Virus record (IMG/VR): IMGVR_UViG_3300047283_000052 | Coordinates: 1 to 26,164 of that record | Length of the DNA stretch: 26,164 nt | Direction: 5' to 3' (one strand) | From: a virus | Taxonomy: Duplodnaviria > Caudoviricetes | Shown here: in pieces, positions 7,246 through 16,500 of the stretch | Position numbering within the stretch: the first letter of the stretch is position 1 | Layout of the letters: every line of letters starts with the position of its first letter | Notes under the pieces: generated by a model | Seen by the model: the letters and a program-made list of their open reading frames with translations, nothing else | The model's database searches: none | What the model was told of the DNA's origin: nothing | Position numbers and translations under genes: made by a program

Positions 7246-8791
7246 GAACAAAGCGCTGCTCATTGAGACAGCGGAACCCAACCTGATTACCGACAGCATA
7301 AAAAAGAGCGCGGTAGTTTCAACCAACGGGAGCAAATACAAAGTGCTAGTTAGATGGGGGCTAGAGGAAGCCCAGACCCTTGCCACGCTTGAGCATAAGG
7401 GCATACCCTCACCGATATTGCGGGATTACGCATGGACTGGGAAGCTCACTCCGTTTGAGCACCAGAAAACAACAGCGTCCTTCTTGACATTATACGACCG
7501 CGCTTTCTGCTTCAACGAGCAGGGTACAGGTAAGACAGCGTCAGTCATCTGGGCAGCAGACTATTTGATAAAGCGCAACGAGATTAAGCGTGTGCTGGTG
7601 CTGTGCCCCTTGTCGATTATGAAGTCAGCATGGCAGCAGGACTTGTTCAAGTTCGCTATGCACCGCTCGTGTGGCGTGGCCCATGGTGATGCCAAGACCC
7701 GCAAGAAAGTTGTCGCCGCTGGCGCAGAGTTCGTCATCGTTAACTTTGATGGGCTGGCTATCATCAAGGACGACATCATCAATGGCGGGTTCGACCTTAT
7801 CGTGGTGGACGAAGCGAACGCATATAAGAATGTGCAGACCAACCGCTGGAAGATACTGAACGAGATTGTCAAGGCAACTACACCCCGACTGTGGATGCTT
7901 ACTGGTACGCCAGCAGCACAATCACCGCTAGACGCCTACGGGCTAGCCAAGTTAGTTAACCCACGCAACTGCCCCACCTACTACAGCCACTTTCGTGCCG
8001 AGACGATGTATCCGGTGACGAAGTTTAAGTGGGCACCTAAGCCCGGGTCGGATGCTTATGTGCATAAGATGCTACAGCCAGCAATTCGGTTCGAGAAGAA
8101 AGACTGCCTAGACCTGCCGGATGTAACTTATCTTGACCGCGAAGCGCCGCTCACCGTGCAGCAAGCCAAATACTACAAGCAGCTTAAGACCGAGATGCTG
8201 CTTGAGGCAGCGGGTGAAGAGGTCAGCGCAGTGAACGCAGCGGTCAAGATTAACAAGCTACTCCAGATAAGCGGAGGTGCGGTGTATTCGGACACTGGCG
8301 AGGTCATAGAGTTCGATGTGTCCACTCGCTTGAACGCTGTGTTGGAAGTCATAGACGAGGCTACAAGCAAGGTGCTGGTCTTCGTACCGTTCACGCACAC
8401 TATTGAGTTACTAAAGGCCAAGCTGGAGAAGGAAGGCATCACATGCGATGTCATCAACGGCAAGGTTCCGGTCAATAAGCGCACCGACATTGTCACCGAG
8501 TTCCAGACCAAGAAGAACCCCCATGTGCTGCTCATCCAGCCACAGGCTGCATCGCACGGGCTTACGCTTACGGCAGCAGACACAATCATCTGGTACGCCC
8601 CAGTGACATCGGTGGAAACTTATCTACAGGCGAATGCCCGTATTAATCGCCCCGGGCAGAAAAACGCTATGACTATTGTGCATATCCGAGGTAGTGAGGT
8701 CGAGGGGAGGTTATACTCGATGCTGCGTGGCAACATCAACAATCACGAGCGTATCATAGATTTATACAGGGATGTGTTAAGTAACCCTTGA
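7232..8791 (+). CDS. SNF2-family (SF2) DNA helicase
   Basis: EQGTGKT, VVDEAN, LTGTP, HGLTL, QANARINRPGQ; GGGAG SD supports GTG 7232. Confidence 0.93.
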   Translation: MEIVENKALLIETAEPNLITDSIKKSAVVSTNGSKYKVLVRWGLEEAQTLATLEHKGIPSPILRDYAWTGKLTPFEHQKTTASFLTLYDRAFCFNEQGTGKTASVIWAADYLIKRNEIKRVLVLCPLSIMKSAWQQDLFKFAMHRSCGVAHGDAKTRKKVVAAGAEFVIVNFDGLAIIKDDIINGGFDLIVVDEANAYKNVQTNRWKILNEIVKATTPRLWMLTGTPAAQSPLDAYGLAKLVNPRNCPTYYSHFRAETMYPVTKFKWAPKPGSDAYVHKMLQPAIRFEKKDCLDLPDVTYLDREAPLTVQQAKYYKQLKTEMLLEAAGEEVSAVNAAVKINKLLQISGGAVYSDTGEVIEFDVSTRLNAVLEVIDEATSKVLVFVPFTHTIELLKAKLEKEGITCDVINGKVPVNKRTDIVTEFQTKKNPHVLLIQPQAASHGLTLTAADTIIWYAPVTSVETYLQANARINRPGQKNAMTIVHIRGSEVEGRLYSMLRGNINNHERIIDLYRDVLSNP

Positions 8792-8816
8792 CACTGTATA
8801 GTAAGTGGTCCATAGC
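8788..8816 (+). promoter_or_regulatory. Putative sigma70 promoter for the replication operon
   Basis: Perfect TTGACA at 8788-8793, 17-nt spacer, weak -10 (CATAGC), in one of the few intergenic gaps. Confidence 0.5.
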
Positions 8817-8842
8817 AGAGGGCCAACCATAAGGAGCAAAAC

Positions 8843-9250
8843 ATGGAAGAAGAAGTAATCCCAGCTGATAAGCTGGTAGCAGTTTATCGTCGCATCCGTT
8901 CAGCTATCGAAGACCTTGAAGCAGCCCATGCAAAAGAGGTCGAGGTCCTAAAGGGCAAGCTTGAGATGGTATCCGACAAGCTACTCAAGATATGCAATGA
9001 CCAGAACCTAGACAGCCTCCGCACTGCGGAAGGCACCGTGACACGGCGGGTTAAATCCCGTTACTGGACCACGGACTGGTCTACCATGTACAATTTCATC
9101 AAGGAACACGACGCCCCGTTTCTCTTAGAGCAGCGTATTCACAACGGGAATATGAAGCAGTTCCTCGAAGAAAACCCCGAACAGCATCCTGCTGGCTTAC
9201 AGATTGATAGCAAGTACGCTATCACTGTACGTAAACCTACAACCAAGTGA
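8843..9250 (+). CDS. Phage replication/recombination-region protein with an N-terminal coiled coil
   Basis: AAGGAG SD; helical N-terminus then SLRTAEGTV and DW..MYNFI motifs; function not assignable. Confidence 0.8.
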   Translation: MEEEVIPADKLVAVYRRIRSAIEDLEAAHAKEVEVLKGKLEMVSDKLLKICNDQNLDSLRTAEGTVTRRVKSRYWTTDWSTMYNFIKEHDAPFLLEQRIHNGNMKQFLEENPEQHPAGLQIDSKYAITVRKPTTK

Positions 9251-9258
9251 GAGACACA

Positions 9259-10152
9259 ATGAGCAATATCACAATTTTTGAAGACCAAAGCAGCCTACCC
9301 ACCGTCAAACGCGAGTCGCGGCTGGCGGACAAAATCGGTTCTGGCGCAAGCCTACGCCGCATTGCCACCAATACCAACGGCACATTTAAGCGTGTCGTCA
9401 ACGGTGAGCAGATTGGTAAGGCCGTACCGCATGAGATTAACATCATCGTCGTTGACATGCTCAAGGACGTGTCCCGTGAGTTTTATGCGTCTGACTACGA
9501 CCCAGAGGGTAAGGCTTCATTGCCTGATTGCTGGTCCGCTGATGGCCGCACTCCAGATGCTAAGGCTCCTAATCGTCAGGGTTCCGGCTGCGCCACATGC
9601 AGTATGAACATCGATGGTTCTGGCGCTAAAGGCCGTGGTAAGGCTTGCCGCTTCAAGCGCCGCATCGCGGTGTTGGTTGAGGGTGACCCGACTGGTGACA
9701 TCTACCAGATGAGCTTTGCTGCTAAGTCGCTATTCGGTAAGGGTGTCGGCAACGAGCATCCGTTCGAGAGCTACTGCAATTACCTAAAGGCTAACGGCGA
9801 AGCACCGGACACGGTGGTGACCAAGGTTATGTATGACCTCGACGCAGACACGCTGACTCTTAAGTTCAAAGCAGTGCGCCATCTGACACAGGACGAAGCT
9901 GACCTTGTTGATGCTGCCTTTGCCAGCGGTGAAGCACAGCGTTATATTCAGCTTACGACGTCCGAAGTTGATGGTGCCAAGGCACAGCCAGCAAAGGTTA
10001 TCGAAGCCCCCAAGGCTACGTTGTTTGACGAGCCGGAAGAGGAAGAAGCAGCGGAGCCGGTAAAGCGCGTTGCTAAGAAACCTGCTGTTGTCGATGCTCC
10101 CGTAGAAGACAAAGGTCTCTCGGACTTGCTCGGCGAGTGGGCGGAGGACTGA
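9259..10152 (+). CDS. Probable single-stranded DNA-binding protein
   Basis: Cys cluster (PDCWS, CATC, KACR), long acidic/Pro tail ending LLGEWAED, position upstream of the primase-helicase. Confidence 0.6.
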   Translation: MSNITIFEDQSSLPTVKRESRLADKIGSGASLRRIATNTNGTFKRVVNGEQIGKAVPHEINIIVVDMLKDVSREFYASDYDPEGKASLPDCWSADGRTPDAKAPNRQGSGCATCSMNIDGSGAKGRGKACRFKRRIAVLVEGDPTGDIYQMSFAAKSLFGKGVGNEHPFESYCNYLKANGEAPDTVVTKVMYDLDADTLTLKFKAVRHLTQDEADLVDAAFASGEAQRYIQLTTSEVDGAKAQPAKVIEAPKATLFDEPEEEEAAEPVKRVAKKPAVVDAPVEDKGLSDLLGEWAED

Positions 10153-10155
10153 GGC

Positions 10156-10401
10156 ATGTCGCATGGCTACACAATCAAAGTAGCTGATGCCATCAGGAAC
10201 GCTGACGGTAACTTACTAGGTGTAAAACTTGGGCGTGTTTGCTTGGACCGAGATATCTCGGTCCAAGAGGCCGCTCGGACCTTAGGGGTTACCCGTCAGA
10301 CGATATACCAGTGGTTCTGCGGAGAAACTAATCCACATGCGCAGCATATTGATATGATGTTGACGTGGCTGGACGACCTCGGCGAGATTACTAAGTCTTG
10401 A
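10156..10401 (+). CDS. XRE/Cro-like HTH DNA-binding protein
   Basis: ISVQEAARTLGVTRQTIYQWFCGETNP. Confidence 0.85.
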   Translation: MSHGYTIKVADAIRNADGNLLGVKLGRVCLDRDISVQEAARTLGVTRQTIYQWFCGETNPHAQHIDMMLTWLDDLGEITKS

Positions 10402-10455
10402 TTTTCAGCAAAAGATATCAACCTGCAGGTGTTTCCTGCGATAGTGGACTATACA

Positions 10456-13293
10456 ATGAATCACGTAGACCTTTTGAGTATCGTGCAGCCAGCTGATGGC
10501 TGGTTTGCCGTACTCGGTATCAAGGGTGAACGTGACGTAAGGCAGAAACTTGTAGCTACTAGGGAAGAGGTAGACACGCTTACAGAGAAGTATGTTGCGG
10601 AAGGTCGCAACGTATTCTTCGGTGTCGCCAAATATGAGACGGGGCAAAACAGGCAAAAGGAGAACGTCAAAGCTCTCCGTTCGTTCTGGGTGGATATTGA
10701 CTGCGGCCCTACGAAGGCTGTGGTCAGCGAGAAGACAGGGAGGCCAGACGGTTACATTGACCAAGACGCAGGGATAGCCGCACTTCGGCAGTTCTGCAAA
10801 ACGGTTGGGTTGCCAAAGCCGCTCGTTGTTAATTCGGGACGCGGTATACACGCATACTGGCCACTAACCCAAGACATAACCCGCCAAGAGTGGGAACCCG
10901 TAGCTAATAGGCTTTCCGCACTATGCGTTACGCACAACTTTTATGTAGACCCAGCGGTGTTCGAGGTAGCGCGTATCCTGCGTATACCGGGCACATTCAA
11001 TTTTAAGGATAACCCACCCAAGCAGGTGACGGTGATTTTTGACGCTGCTCCGGTAGAGTTCGAAGAGTTCCGTACGGCTCTTGGGGTTGAAGCTCCGCGT
11101 GAGATGGCTGTGCCTGAGCGGCGCAAGAGCAACATCGCCGAGAAGCTACAGGATAATAACATATCCCGTTTCTCCAAGATAATGCGGCGCAGCGCGAAGG
11201 GTGACGGCTGTCAGCAGCTGCTATCTGCCTATGAGGAACGAGCTTCGCTATCAGAAGTCCGGTGGTTTGACGCGTTGTCGATTGCCAAGTTCTGTGTGGA
11301 TAGGGACACTGCAATCCAGAAGATGTCCCACGGGCATCCGGATTACGACCCAGTTCGGGCGTTGGAGAAGACCAAGCACATCACGGGGCCACATAACTGT
11401 GCGACCTTTGAGCGCAATAATCCCGGGGGCTGTTATGGCTGTCCCTACTTGGGTAAGGTTAAGAACCCCATCGTGCTCGGTAGGGAAGTGGCAGAGACCG
11501 AGACAGAGGACGGAAACTATGTCGTCCCTGAGATGGGTGAAGACGATGTGCCTATCGACTATCGTATACCCGAGTACCCGTTCCCGTTCACACGGGGCAA
11601 GAAGGGCGGCATCTACCTCAAGCCAGAAAAAGACGAGGAGGTAGCTACTCTCGTCTATGAGCACGACTTATATCTCGTGAAGACGATGACTGACCCCAAA
11701 GAGGGTGACGTCTTAGTCATGCGGCTGCACCTACCCAAAGAAGGTGTGCGCGAGTTCGTCATCACGCAGAAACAAGCGGTTGGGGACGGGTCAGAGCTTC
11801 GTAAGGTGCTGGCAAGTAAGGGCGTAGCTGCCACCGAAAAGCAGTTCAAACAGCTCATCTTGTTCATAACCATGTCACTCAAGGCGATACAATATAAAAG
11901 GAAAGCAGAGCTTATGCGTATGCAGTTTGGCTGGGCTGATAACGACACCAAGTTTATCATCGGGGACCGTGAGATTTGCTTCGACGGTATATTTCATAGT
12001 CCGCCATCATCAACAACACGTGAGTGGGCTGAACACCTACACACAGCAGGTTCCTATGAGAAATGGCAGGAAGTCATTAACCTGTACGGACGTCCGGGGT
12101 TAGAGCCACATGCGTTCGCTGTGCTGACTGCGTTCGGGGCACCGCTCTTCAAGTTTACAGGGCAGTCGGGCGCAATCATAAACGTCATCCACCCCACATC
12201 AGGTACGGGTAAGACCACCCTGCTCCACGCAACGAACAGCATATACGGCCACCCCAAGGACCTATGTGCAATCAAGGGGGATACTGCCAACGCTAAGACG
12301 CAGCAGCTTGGCGTCTTTAACAACCTGCCGTTCTGCGTAGACGAAATCACCAACATGACAGGGGCGGGGCTGTCAGAGATGTCGTACAACATCAGCCAAG
12401 GGCGGGGTAAGAACCGCTTGAAGGCATCGTCCAACGAGCTTCGCATGAACACCACAAGGTGGCAGACGATGAGCCTTTGCTCATCCAACGCTTCCATCTA
12501 CGAAAAGCTGGGGCTGCACAAAAGTCACCCGGACGGTGAGATGATGCGTCTACTAGAGTATAAGATAGAACCCACTACTGCTATTCCGACCGACTACGCA
12601 AAGCAGATGTTCGACTTCCAGCTGCTCGAAAACTACGGTCATGCTGGACCTATCTATATCCAGTGGGTGATAAACAACCTCGAAGACGTTAAGAACACGC
12701 TCAAGGTGGTGCAGGAAAAGGTTGACCGTGAATTGAAGCTTACGCAGCGCGAACGCTTCTGGTCTGCCAAGCTGGCGGCTAACCTAACTGGCGGTATGAT
12801 TGCTCGTCGCCTTAAGATTATCGACTGGGATATGCAGCGCATCTATGCGTGGGCAACGAGCATGGTCCTCGAAACACGGCAGGATGTGGAAGCGCCGCAC
12901 ATCTCCACGATGGCGGTACTGGGCGACTATCTGAACCGGAATATCCACAACATCCTTGTCGTTAACAACGAGGCAGATAGCCGGTCTAACTTGGCACCAT
13001 CGCCTCTTCACGAACCCAAAGGTGCGCTATATGCTCGGTTTGAGCCGGATACTAAGCGCCTGTATGTGGACTATAAACACTTCCGCGAGGAGTGCATCAA
13101 GGCACAGATAAACTACAAAGAGATCATCAAGGACTTCAAGAAGTGTGGGGCTTACCTCAAGACAGACAACAAGCGTCTATCCAAGGGTATGGCGATGACG
13201 ACCCCGTCCGTATACTGCATCGAGTTCGATACCAGCGTGGGCGACTTCCTTGATATGGGTGCCTTCGTACCGGAGAATGAGGATGCAGATTGA
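10456..13293 (+). CDS. Primase-helicase fusion (RepB'/AEP-like primase plus DUF927-type helicase)
   Basis: WVDID, NSGRGIHAYW, RILRIPGTFN (primase); HNC..CYGC Cys cluster; QFGW, SGTGKTT, VDEITN (P-loop). ATG 10456 preferred. Confidence 0.88.
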   Translation: MNHVDLLSIVQPADGWFAVLGIKGERDVRQKLVATREEVDTLTEKYVAEGRNVFFGVAKYETGQNRQKENVKALRSFWVDIDCGPTKAVVSEKTGRPDGYIDQDAGIAALRQFCKTVGLPKPLVVNSGRGIHAYWPLTQDITRQEWEPVANRLSALCVTHNFYVDPAVFEVARILRIPGTFNFKDNPPKQVTVIFDAAPVEFEEFRTALGVEAPREMAVPERRKSNIAEKLQDNNISRFSKIMRRSAKGDGCQQLLSAYEERASLSEVRWFDALSIAKFCVDRDTAIQKMSHGHPDYDPVRALEKTKHITGPHNCATFERNNPGGCYGCPYLGKVKNPIVLGREVAETETEDGNYVVPEMGEDDVPIDYRIPEYPFPFTRGKKGGIYLKPEKDEEVATLVYEHDLYLVKTMTDPKEGDVLVMRLHLPKEGVREFVITQKQAVGDGSELRKVLASKGVAATEKQFKQLILFITMSLKAIQYKRKAELMRMQFGWADNDTKFIIGDREICFDGIFHSPPSSTTREWAEHLHTAGSYEKWQEVINLYGRPGLEPHAFAVLTAFGAPLFKFTGQSGAIINVIHPTSGTGKTTLLHATNSIYGHPKDLCAIKGDTANAKTQQLGVFNNLPFCVDEITNMTGAGLSEMSYNISQGRGKNRLKASSNELRMNTTRWQTMSLCSSNASIYEKLGLHKSHPDGEMMRLLEYKIEPTTAIPTDYAKQMFDFQLLENYGHAGPIYIQWVINNLEDVKNTLKVVQEKVDRELKLTQRERFWSAKLAANLTGGMIARRLKIIDWDMQRIYAWATSMVLETRQDVEAPHISTMAVLGDYLNRNIHNILVVNNEADSRSNLAPSPLHEPKGALYARFEPDTKRLYVDYKHFREECIKAQINYKEIIKDFKKCGAYLKTDNKRLSKGMAMTTPSVYCIEFDTSVGDFLDMGAFVPENEDAD

Positions 13294-13477
13294 GGGTGTC
13301 ACCTACGATGTGAACTGGAAAGCCTTCAAAAAAGGCACGGATATCTTCGTTCCGTGCCTAGACCCCAAAGCCGCAAAAGCACAACTGCTTGTGGTCACTA
13401 AACGCCTCAAGCTCAAGGTATTGATAAAAGTGACGGTCCAAGATGGAATTAGGGGTTTACGTGTCTGGCGTTTGTAG
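13283..13477 (+). CDS. Small basic protein ending in GLRVWRL
   Basis: GGAG SD 7 nt upstream of ATG 13283, overlapping the primase stop. Confidence 0.75.
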   Translation: MQIEGVTYDVNWKAFKKGTDIFVPCLDPKAAKAQLLVVTKRLKLKVLIKVTVQDGIRGLRVWRL

Positions 13478-13484
13478 GTATATG
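13451..13484 (+). promoter_or_regulatory. Putative promoter AGGGGTTTA-N19-TATA for the junction sRNA
   Basis: TTTACG-17-TATATG; same motif and spacing as 25059-25092 on the - strand. Confidence 0.5.
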
Positions 13485-13490
13485 TGCCCC

Positions 13491-13562
13491 CGCAAGTTTT
13501 GCTCCTTGCAAGGTTGATACCTTTCTACCCCTCATCGGACCTCCCCCGATGAGGGGTTTTTT
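13491..13562 (+). ncRNA. Putative trans-acting antisense sRNA, about 72 nt
   Basis: Non-coding, bounded by a promoter-like motif and a terminator; complementary to leaders at 8824-8845 and 10411-10429; short hairpins GCAAG/CTTGC and AAGGT/ACCTT. Confidence 0.55.
13527..13562 (+). terminator. Rho-independent terminator
   Basis: 12-bp perfect stem ACCCCTCATCGG / CCGATGAGGGGT, loop ACCTCCC, followed by a T run. Confidence 0.92.
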
Positions 13563-16500
13563 ATTTCGGATTAAGCAGTTTGTCCGCGTATAAGGACTCA
13601 ACTTCATTAAGCCCCATGCCTTGGATATCGTACTTCGCTTCTGCCGCAGAGCTAGTCAGTGACCTGTACATATTGGCATAGGAGATGCCGAAATATGGGT
13701 TCCCAACCTTCTTGTTAAACTCCATGATATCCTCGACCGCCTCACGTGCTTTCTCTTGCCCGTCTGCGTCACCGTTCTGGATGCGGCGCACGGCTTGCTT
13801 GTAAGCACCGAGCAACTCGGTCTTCTCATCTTTAAGCCCCTCGTAGCGGTTCAGCACGTCGCGGTTCTGCTGCTGCACCTTCGCAACCTGCGTCGGGTTA
13901 AAGCCTAATGCGGCACCGATAATCTCAGCGTTACTGATATCTTCCGCTCTCAGTTTAATCTTCTCTGTTTGGGTACGTACACCCTCTTCGCTGAGCCTGT
14001 ACGCTTTGATTGGTGCGCGGACCATAGCCGGAAGGCCAAGCTCAAGACCCTTAAGCACGTCGCCCTTGGCGAACTCTTCACCCATAGCCACCATGTTGAG
14101 CGATGCAGACGCACCGGGGATATTCTCCACCAACGCGTTGTTGACCGTCTGCGTCCATGTTTCCGCATCCTTAGGTGAACGGAACCACATACCCGCAAGG
14201 TCGAGCGAGACACGAGAACCAAAGTTCCACCCCGTTGCTTCCGACACAGCACCGTTGAGGATGATGTCGCTTAGTTTAATCTGCTTGCCGTTAGCAGCAG
14301 TGAGCATGGGCTGCCCGAAGTGCTCCGGTAGCCACTCGTAGCGGAACTGCATCTCGACACTGTCGGCTGTCAGCGGGTTCTCCAACATCCGCTTCTTACG
14401 GTCTTCGTCATCGTCAGTTGCGTCTTGGAGCGCTTGAAGCGTCATCATACCCAGCGTGTACAGCGGTAGGCCGACCACACCACCCATCAAGAAGCCCATG
14501 CCCAGAACGCCGGTCATTTCTTTCATAGCGGCAGTGCGCTCATCACGCGGTGTGTTCTTGCCGAAGATAGCTCGCGTTGCCTGCACAAAGAAGGTCGTGG
14601 TGATAACAGAGTATTGTTTAAACAAGAACAAAGCCCGGGCAAGCTCACTGCCTTTCATCACGGGAGGCCGGTTGAGGTTAGTGTAGTTACCCAATGTGTA
14701 GTTCACGGTGTCCTTGGCAGCGATGATAGCCTTGTTCTGCCGTTCCTCAGAGGACAGCCCTGCATTGGCCAGCTTGTCATACTCAAGGTCGTACGTAGCC
14801 ATAAAGGCCACTTCGCGGGTCAGCTGCTCCGACGTATCAAACAGGTACGTCATAGCATCATAAATCTTTTCACGAGTTTCCGCCACGCTACTTTCCAGCC
14901 CTGACAGCGCAGTGCGCTTATCACCCATAAGAAACTCCGACAGTGGCATAATCAGGCCATACTCGTTCGTCGCACGGGTCAGTGCATCACGGTGCCGCCC
15001 GCTGTTCTTTATGATATTTGACTCCATAAGGGTCGGAATGCGGAAGGTCTTACGCTTGCCTTTTTCTTTGTTCTCAAACTTAGGGAGGTTTTTGAACACG
15101 TTCATGTACCGACCCATGGCACGGGTCGTATTAGCCATTCCGTACTTACCCCATAGATTAGGTGCTACACGCATAGGCAGAGCGGTAACCTGTACGAGTG
15201 CAGTAGCCGGGGCGGTTAGGAACGACACGAACGCAAGCTGGTTCATCCACGGAACAATCTTGGTCGCAAGGCCGCTTGGTTGTGGCTCCATCTCCCCTTC
15301 GATGCGTTTTTCGATGCTCGAAATAAAGTCGCGTGCCAGCGTTTGCTCGCTTGAGGATATCGAAATCTTATCCTCTTCGTCCTTACCAACATCCGGAACC
15401 GCCCCGATGGACTTCTTTGCAGCCTGAATAGCGCGGTCAATCTCAGGCGAATAACGCAACCGAGAGACGTCCGAAGCATATTCTTCAGCCGTTGCGCCAA
15501 ACGTACGTAGTATGTCTGAACTCCATCCGAGGCGGTTCTTGGACTTGATAAACTGCTTACGCCCAGACCCTTCCGGGGTGTTGAGCAGGTGCATCTGGTA
15601 CACATCGTTGCGAAGCTGGTTTTTCTTAGCTTCCGTAAATGTGCCAACGTCAATTTCTGAAATCTTGTTCAGGATTTTGATGAACGCATTATCAGCATCA
15701 AAGTCGTCACCAAGCTGCGTCTTGACATCGTTACCCGCCTGTATGTGGTTTGCATTTTCTTTGTCTAGATTAAACTGTTTCGCAGCGGCTTCCATGTCAG
15801 CGTCACGTTCCGCCATGGTTTCGTAGAAACGCAGGATAGGTTCGCCATATGGGGTTTTCTTGATGCGTAGCCAGTAGTTACCATAACGACGCTTGGGAAA
15901 ATACTCACGATGGAACAGACCCAGCGGCACCTCAGGGTAATCTAAATGTGCATCTTCTTTGCTAGGTGCATTAACCTTGTCGTTCAGGCGCTCCTGCTCA
16001 GCCCGTATAGCGATGGCCATCTTAGAAACGGTTTCGTCAGAAAGTCCAGCGTCACGCAGGTTTTCAATCCGCTTGTCCATCAGATACTGACGCCGCAGTT
16101 GCATGTCACGATTTGCATTACGGATACGCGTGTACAACTTACGCCCTTCTGCCCCGAGTTTGCTCAGGATGTCCAGCGCACCGTCAATCTCAGCTTCCCG
16201 CTTGGCGAGCTTACCTTCAAACTTTTTCTTATTCTCGGGGGTAAGAGCAGGGTCCTTTAGCAGCTTAGTGTACCTGCGCCAGATTTGGTCGGTCTTAAGC
16301 GCATCCTCACGAGACTTTGCGTCCATAAGGCTGACCATATCTATGTTGTAATAATTGCCATGGTCCATGGCAACTGGGAGCGCTTTGCGCTTTTCCTTAC
16401 CAACCATTATAGGGTCTGCATCGCTAAGCAGGTAGCTCTTGAGGTCGGATGTTATCCTGTTCAACAGGCGGCGCGTGGCAGCGCGGGTACCGTTCATCTT

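Noticed and set aside
455-13282. Longer ORF-track starts (455, 2494, 6656, 7196, 9247, 10429, 13250)
   Set aside because: Downstream starts have better SD spacing or stop-start coupling.
13527-13557. Bidirectional terminator
   Set aside because: The - strand side is followed by AGAAAGG, not a U tract; only + strand termination is supported.
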